A stretch of 64,000 nucleotides of DNA from Podarcis pityusensis. Lineage: Eukaryota. This document shows, one piece after another, positions 56,931-64,000 of the stretch. Under the pieces are notes generated by a model. That model did no database searches, was not told the DNA's origin, and saw only the letters and a list, made by a program, of their open reading frames with translations. The stretch lies in the NCBI GenBank assembly GCA_964106645.2, contig OZ067046.1. One strand, written 5' to 3'. How positions within the stretch are numbered: the first letter of the stretch is position 1; each line of letters begins with the position of its first letter. A program made the position numbers and the translations under genes.

Positions 56931-59900
56931 CTAGAGAAGGGAAGGCAGAAAAGATTCAGGCAATTCATATTTTATACCAGTGCATTACTCGACCAGCGCT
57001 GGACACAATAAACAGTTTTGTAAAATATTCAAAGCTGTAAAATTGTATCTTAGACCAAAGTTCTGGAAATCTTAAATATCATGAATTATTATTTAGTTCA
57101 CTAAACCTCCACTAAAAGGGACAGCAGCGGCCTAAGAGGGAAAAGGAGGCACATGGTTGGTCCAGAGTGCAATCTGTTACTAAGAAACTCAGTTCGACTG
57201 AAACTCTGCACATGCCCAGAGACATTGATCCAGTTCACATGTAATGCTAAGTGAAGCCACAGCTACCCATCAATGAGCAATCATAGGGGTAAGCCAAAAA
57301 CAACCCATGTCTTGAGCATACAAACCATGGGGGTCAGGTGTGCAGCCGACTCTAAGCCAAATGATGACTTAGCTCTTGATAGCACGGTGTAGATCCAGGC
57401 AGGGGCCACAATTTTCCCTCTGTGTTCACTTATCACGCCAAGCCACAGCTTGGTTGAGCAGTACGTGAGTACTGTGAACAATCAGTGCAGTGCCATTGCA
57501 AGACAATAAGAGGAAACTGTGGCAGTTCAAGTTTAGTCCCATCATGGGGAGCTCTAGTGGCTTCTACCAAATATCTCTACAGTAGCTGCTGCATAGGAGA
57601 ATTTCCCTGCAAGAACTGGTATGCACAAGCAATCATGAAAGCCTAATTGCTGCCCCCTCCCCCCCAATATCTCAGCAACATAAATTCAAATAACATTAAT
57701 CACTTCTAGGACACCTTCCAGCAAGCACCTACGTCTGGTAATTGAATTAAGTCGAAATTTACAGTAAGTCTAACTTTGAATGGGAAATGCCTCCACCTCT
57801 CCCCACAAAAGTCATCTCAGTCACCAGGTTGGACAAAGACTCTTCGTGACATCCCTGCCACTATGCAGCAGGAAACTTGCATTGATAAGCTTGGTAATGA
57901 CTCAGCAACTGAGTTAATTAGCTCCCAATGTTCCCCTCCATCTTGCTTTGTCCCTAATGTAACTGTCTTTTGTCTTAAGAGTGACTGCTTCCCTCAGGAA
58001 GTCCTGTCCCCTCAGTTCCCACTTTGTTCAGTCTTCTGGCCAGGAGCGTTGCTCCACAAGTTAAGTGTTTCTCCCATGAGACTGCCCCATTCACCACACT
58101 TTGCCTAGTCTACTTGCCGTCAAGGATCCCCATGGGAGCAGACCTCCTCCCTGCCTCTTCTCCTTGTCTGGTGGTTTAGGCAGGAACTTTAAGGGAACGC
58201 AAGTTTCACATGCTCTCTGGACAACATTTGTACAGTATTTTAAAATCCTATTTGGCTGAGCGTTCCAAGGACATCAGAGTGCATGCTTGGGACCTCAAGG
58301 AAGCCTCCCCTTCTTTCTCTGGGACAAATAGTGTTTGGCATTTTATTCCTCTCACTTCTCTCCACCTGCTTCATTTCTTAAATCTTGCCATCTTTCTGCC
58401 CTCCCATGGTCCAAGCCCAGGTCATTTGCACTTGATAGTTCATCCTCCTGGCATGCCTTGGCCTGCAACATCCCTGATAATGCTTCTCACTTCTTACACG
58501 ACAGCAGCCATTAGACTCCCTGCCTCCATCTTTTGCTGTCTCTAAGATAGTAGCAACCTAAGTGTCAGCTACTGATTCAGGCCATGTGGGTTTGGATAGC
58601 CTGCATATAGTTTTTCAACAACCAACCCATCTTGCAATTCTGTAATAGTGCATTTGGTGCTTCAAACCACAAATCAAATTACTCACTCACCACAATTTTG
58701 GCACACAAATAAGTAAATATTATTGTGTTTAACTCCAAACTGGGACTGAATTGTATTTGCTAATTCCCCCAAGTGATTAAAAGTGTAAGTACAGTGCAAT
58801 AACCTCTGTGACATATAGCAAACTTTGGAACAAAGATTTCAAATATCATACCTTAATGGTTGCACTTTTAAACACATGTGTTCATGTAACATAAACCAGG
58901 ACATGTGTAGGCTTGGTAACAATAATCCCAATAGGTAACTGGCAGATCTAAGTAGCATGCTATCTAAACTCACAATTGCAATACAAAGTGCAAAATTCTG
59001 AATTCTGAATGAAAACAAGAATGAAAATTCTTCCTCTTCTATACTATAATTTACATGACCACATACTATCATTGGAGCTCTCATTGTGCTGCTGCTAGAC
59101 TAGACTGAGACTCCTGTGTCACCCCGGCAATTCTTCAGTTTGCTTGGACCAGAGATGGCAACTTGGCACAGCCTGTTTTAAACAGCTTTGAAGAAGAAGT
59201 TCCAGTACAACTCATATTTGCACAGTTTATAATCCAAACACTTGTTTAACTTTCAATTATGTGGCTTTTGGGGGGTGGAGAGGAGGGGGGAGATGCCTAC
59301 AGGCAGAAAAAATATCTGATCTGGGTGGAGAGTACATTCAGGGAGGGGTTGCTGTCTACTGAGACCAAGAAACCAAAACTGCCACTAACAACAGCAAAGG
59401 AGGAGGGTCACTCCATCAAACAGCCTTCTGTGGGGATTCCAATGCTGTCTCAGTGCAGAAGGAACAGTCCTGTCCCTCCTGACCCAGAAGTTGTTACCTG
59501 CCCCACTCCCAGATCTGATTGGGGAGGTCATTTTTACTTGGAGGGGCCTGAGTTTGCTTTCCCCCTCCACACCCTTCAAATACATGAACAAAACTGTTAA
59601 TAAGACAGGAGTGATCTAATAAAGAATGTTGTAAGTCCTATGTGGTTGGTATACCCTTAATAATGATCAAGTTCTTTGGGTTGTGTAAAAAATGCTAATG
59701 GGGAGGAAGGCGGGAGAAGATACAATACAGAATAAAATGCTGCACAAAACTGAGCTGCAATTTGTTTAATGATGTGGTTGCAACACACCGAATGAAGGTA
59801 ATTTGGAAGTTTACTTCCTAATTCTGCACATTCATGAGTTGAAATCGCCTCTGTATTTCAGTGCTAACAGAGACCCAATTCAACATGGAGGGCAAAATAC

Positions 59901-62224
59901 AACTCTCACTGGAGCCAGTTTCATAAACTGATAATCCAAACAGACCTTCTTTTTAGCCTGGCAAGCCACAAAGTACCAAGTATCTGAAACAGTGACCATT
60001 AACACCTGCTTCTGTGCCCCCTCCCCTTATCTCCCCAGAAGATTTCTTTTTCCACATAGTGAAAATGGGAATGTTTATTTCAGTTGCATAATGAGTCACT
60101 CACACTGAAACTGGCACAGACTATCCTCAGAAACAAAAGCAATTCCATAAACTACACACTAATAAGGCAGACACAAAGCTTCTCTGGATTATAGCACAAA
60201 AGCACAATTTAGCAGCAGAATAAAGCTTGAAGCTAGACAAGAGAACTGACATCAGCACGCGTGCTAATCATAGTACAAAGGCCCTTCTATGTTTTGTCAA
60301 ACTGAAAAGGGAGCCCACATAAATCACTCTTTGTTATCTGAAAATATCTGGCATTCTTGAAGCATGTTCTATTTTTAACATTTTAGTGTTGGCTGCCTGG
60401 TGGAAGCTCTACATTGCCTTACTGAGAAGTGCTTCAGAAGCCCATGCTACACAACAGAAGTTAAGGAGTACAGCTTTGGGAGGTACTTTCCAAACCCAAA
60501 ACATTTGGGTTGCTCCCAAACAGAATTCTTACAAAGTTTATATGTTCATTTGCCCATGAAGAGATACTTCACAAAAATCCATTTACGTTTTGCAGCTGGG
60601 ACACCTGATGTTGAAACTGAAAAAGCATGCTCAGAAAGGCTAAACAGATCTTTGCTTACAGAAGTGTTACTACAATAAGCAAATGTTAACTTTTCCTCCA
60701 AGACAGAGAAATGAAACAGCTTAATCCAAACCATAATTAGTGTTTGGTATTGTAGGGATGTTACACCACCAGCCCTAAAACTGAGGATCAGAATATTGAT
60801 CAGTGAAGACAAAGGAACAAAAGCTCTGAGGAGGAATGGGCTACAAACAAAACAATTTACAGCACAGTAGCATGCACGACTACTCGAAAGTAAGGCCTCC
60901 CTGTACTCAATGCGGCTAACCCCCAAGTATATGTGTATCGGAATGAGCCTCAATCTCTCGTTTCCTTGCCTTTTAAACAAGCAAATGGTGAGGTTTTCCC
61001 TATTTTCCCTTTAATTAAAATAGTTGCTTTGTATCATTTTAAATGTGAAAATTCAATGCAATTTGCTTTAAATATTCTCACATTTGTTTTATGGAGTGCT
61101 ACTTGACAATAGTATCAAATGTCACAATAAACAGAAGCCTGATTCAGGAATTCAATCATGAGCTTTAACTCCCTACACAGCGCAAGGCTGGGGCTGCGAC
61201 CACTGGCCCCACGTAACCACCTGGCCTCCCTGTGGTATGCATGCAGGATCCTCCCCACTGAAACAACCAGGGTTCCACATCATGTGCAAGAGCAGGAGGC
61301 AATGAGCATACAACAAGCTCCCCCTATAGACATCCCCTTGCCAATGTGGGGGTAGAGACAGCCCCATCTTCGACTCCACATACAACTATTATTCAGGCAT
61401 TCAATAGAAAGTTGTTGCCAGGTTGGTCTTAGAGAATGGTGAAAATATTATTTGAGATGAATGGAGTTCCATGTCTCTTAATGCCTTTTGCAAAATCTTT
61501 CACAAGTATGAATGAACTGTGGAAAATATCCAGTGCACCTTTACTAAGATATTGACCAAGATATAAAAACACTCTGCACTCACACCTCATAAGGCTTGTT
61601 TTCCAGGAAGCCTCATCTTTTCTAGCAGGGGAAAATAAGGAAAAAACAGTCTCAGTGGAAGTTTCCACTCCACCAGCTATCATCCTTATAATCTGTTCAG
61701 AATACACACACACACACACACGGCCAAAATTTCCTGTTTTCAATCTATTGTCACCATTTGCTAGTTTTGTGTTGGTCAGTTCTAACTTTAGCTTGCTTAT
61801 ACAAACAAAGAAAACATTGAAAACAGAAAAGCAGCATTGAAGCGCTTTGTGCTTAGCAATCTGAAATGGAATTTGTTCAATTACACTGGAAAAAATAATA
61901 GGAAAAAAACAGTCAGAAAGGCAAGAAGAACAAAGAGAAAGAGAGAGAGAAAGTTTGCTATGCTTTGCAGTTGTTACACGCTTAGTAATTAGTAGTTTTT
62001 TATGCAACCCAAAGAACTTTATCACTATTAAGGGTTTACCAACCACATGGTACTTAGCGCTGTTATAGCATTCTTTATTAGAAGCACTCCTAGAATGCTG
62101 CTGTCTAATTACAGTTTTGTTCATGTAATAAAAGACTATTCTAAAGGCCACCTCAACCTGTTGTAGCCATGTGGCCAGGGTTATCCAAGGATTGTATGAG
62201 AAGCACAACACGCTAAAGTAAGTA

Positions 62225-62675
62225 CAGTGGTACCTCGACTCTCAAAATTAATCCATTCCAGAAGTCCATTCCAAAACCAAATTGTTCCAAAACCAAGGCG
62301 CACTTTCCCATAGAAAGTAAGGAAAAATGGATTAATCTGTTCCAGACTTTTAAAAACAACTCCTAAAACAGCAATTTAACATGAATGCTACTATCTAACG
62401 AGACCTTTGATCCATAAAATTAAAGCAATAAACAATGTACTGCAGTCACACAATCAACCAATCAGCAGCTGAACGGAGTTGCACACAGTCACGAAAGCAA
62501 AACAAAAAAGCCACAAAAACAAAAATGCAAAATAAATAGCAAAAACAGACAGACCTCAGCGTAACACTCAAAACGGAGCATGTTCGGCTTCCTAAAAAAG
62601 TTCGCAAACTGGAACACTTACTTCTGGGTTTGCAGTGTTTGGGTTCCAAGGCGTCTGAGAACCAAGGTACTCCTT
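62225..62675. mobile_element. Tigger-like non-autonomous Tc1/mariner element (about 450 bp)
   Basis: TA-CAGTGGTACCTCG left TIR, degenerate right TIR CCAAGGTACT; about 62580-62650 is the reverse complement of about 38745-38815. Confidence 0.75.
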
Positions 62676-63251
62676 TGCACAGCTAAAAACTTAGGAATCC
62701 ACTTCCACAATATGTGGTGGTGGCTATCAACTTTGTTTTAAAGAGGCATTAGACAAATTTATGGAGGATAAAGCTTTCAACAGTTACCGGTCATCATAGC
62801 TATGTACTACCATCAGAATGAATGTGTCTCTGAATACAAGTGCGTGGGACTGAGCACCATCTCCCTCATGTCCTGCTCTTGGGATTCCCACGGCAATTGT
62901 GGAAGCAGGATGCTGGACTAGACAGGCCTTTTGGTGTGATGCAGTATGAAGGCCCCTCTTACGTTCATGTATGTGCTAAAACTCTACAGTTTTATTATTC
63001 CATGATTCTAAGGTACAAGTTAGAGTGTTCACAAGCTCAGTTTCCCATCGCTGTTAGTATCCACATGGTATGATAAATTATAATGCAATAACTTTAAACT
63101 AATCTTCCTATGTACCTACAGTTACTCATTAACCCTATGTTCAAGTTATTAGCTTGAACAGTAGCAAAGGTAAGGTTTAACTTCTGTGACACCAGTCAGG
63201 ATGACTGAGAAAATGTCATCATGGCCCCATCAGTGGTGCCCAACAAGCTGG

Positions 63252-63490
63252 AGAGCTGGTGTAGTTTAGTGGCTAAGAAATTGAGCTGTGAATCTTGAAG
63301 TCTGTGGTTCAAATCCCACCTCTTCCAAAAACTCATTAGATTGTATTTGGCAGGTCACTCTTTCTCAGCCTCAATTCCCACACCCCATGCACAATATGGG
63401 AGATAATACTAACCTTATAGAGTCGTTCTAAAAATTACAACTAGCTAACGCATGTTAAGGACTTGAAAGCACTATACACATTTTAGATAT
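63252..63490 (+). mobile_element. Degenerate MIR-like tRNA SINE
   Basis: TAGTGGCTAAGA..GGTTCAAATCCC..TCTCAGCCTCAATTCCCC. Confidence 0.65.
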
Positions 63491-64000
63491 TAATATTAAT
63501 AAGCTTTGCAATCTTCAGTGGTTCCCAATCCACTCCCAGACCTAAATCAAAGGTTTTTAATACCCAACACTAAAGGGAATGGTAAATAAGAAGAAATACA
63601 GGTATGCCAAGCTGCCCTGGGATTCTCAGTGTATTATGGATTACTCATAGAATCAGACCATTTTTAATAATGGGAATGATTTCAGAACATTCCTTTGACT
63701 TAAAATCACAATATGAATATCACTCCCATAATATCCCATCTCATTATTGCAAAAACAAGGGTAGGCAAACGTGTGCTTTTGGCCTGGTTCAGATGTAACA
63801 GGAAATCATGGTTTCCTAATATGCCCAAATTGGTCTTACCTGTGACTTTTTTTTTAGTTGCATGCTATGTTTCCCTGTGCTCAACAATAGAATACACCTT
63901 CAATTTTATTTTCTGTTGTTCAAGAAACGCTTTCTATCTCTTCTACAACTGTTCTCATAACTAGATGAACACATTGGAAAGATGTATTGTTTGATATCAT

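Noticed and set aside
61429-62211. Longest unexplained ORF (260 aa, minus strand, GAB1 intron 1)
   Set aside because: No recognisable domain; it runs through (CA)n and (GA)n microsatellites (VCVCV, SLSLSL) and has intron-like composition, so a chance ORF is most likely; Ribo-seq or conservation would be needed
57000-64000. Search for GAB1 exon 1 or an alternative first exon
   Set aside because: No MSGGEVVCSGWLRKSPP-like coding sequence and no CpG island seen; isolated AP-1 sites (57898, 60092) are too common to call an enhancer

Overview
Vertebrate genomic DNA, most likely from a lacertid lizard: it carries Sauria-type and Squam-like SINEs, a BovB/RTE fragment, and L2 and CR1 fragments. The window holds two minus-strand genes in the same tandem order I recall for mammals. 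(1) A complete 24-exon SMARCA5 (SNF2H/ISWI) gene, ATG at 23242 and TGA at 2864; the CDS is 3111 nt (1036 aa), all introns are GT-AG, and a CpG-island promoter lies at about 22500-23830. (2) GAB1 exons 2-11 (56930 to stop at 33610); exon 1 lies beyond the right edge. Almost all other ORFs in the supplied track are intronic or repeat-derived. I found no wholly new multi-gene system. The best non-obvious signals are a 75-nt GAB1 cassette exon missing from the ORF track (52700-52774) that repeats the exon-3 YLLL..SKK motif, a near-perfect 110-nt intronic hairpin (55118-55227), an inverted MITE pair bracketing SMARCA5 exons 2-4 (candidate circRNA), a candidate 105-nt GAB1 exon, and several nested or fold-back transposon structures. 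Comparisons to human proteins and repeat-family names are from memory, not database searches.
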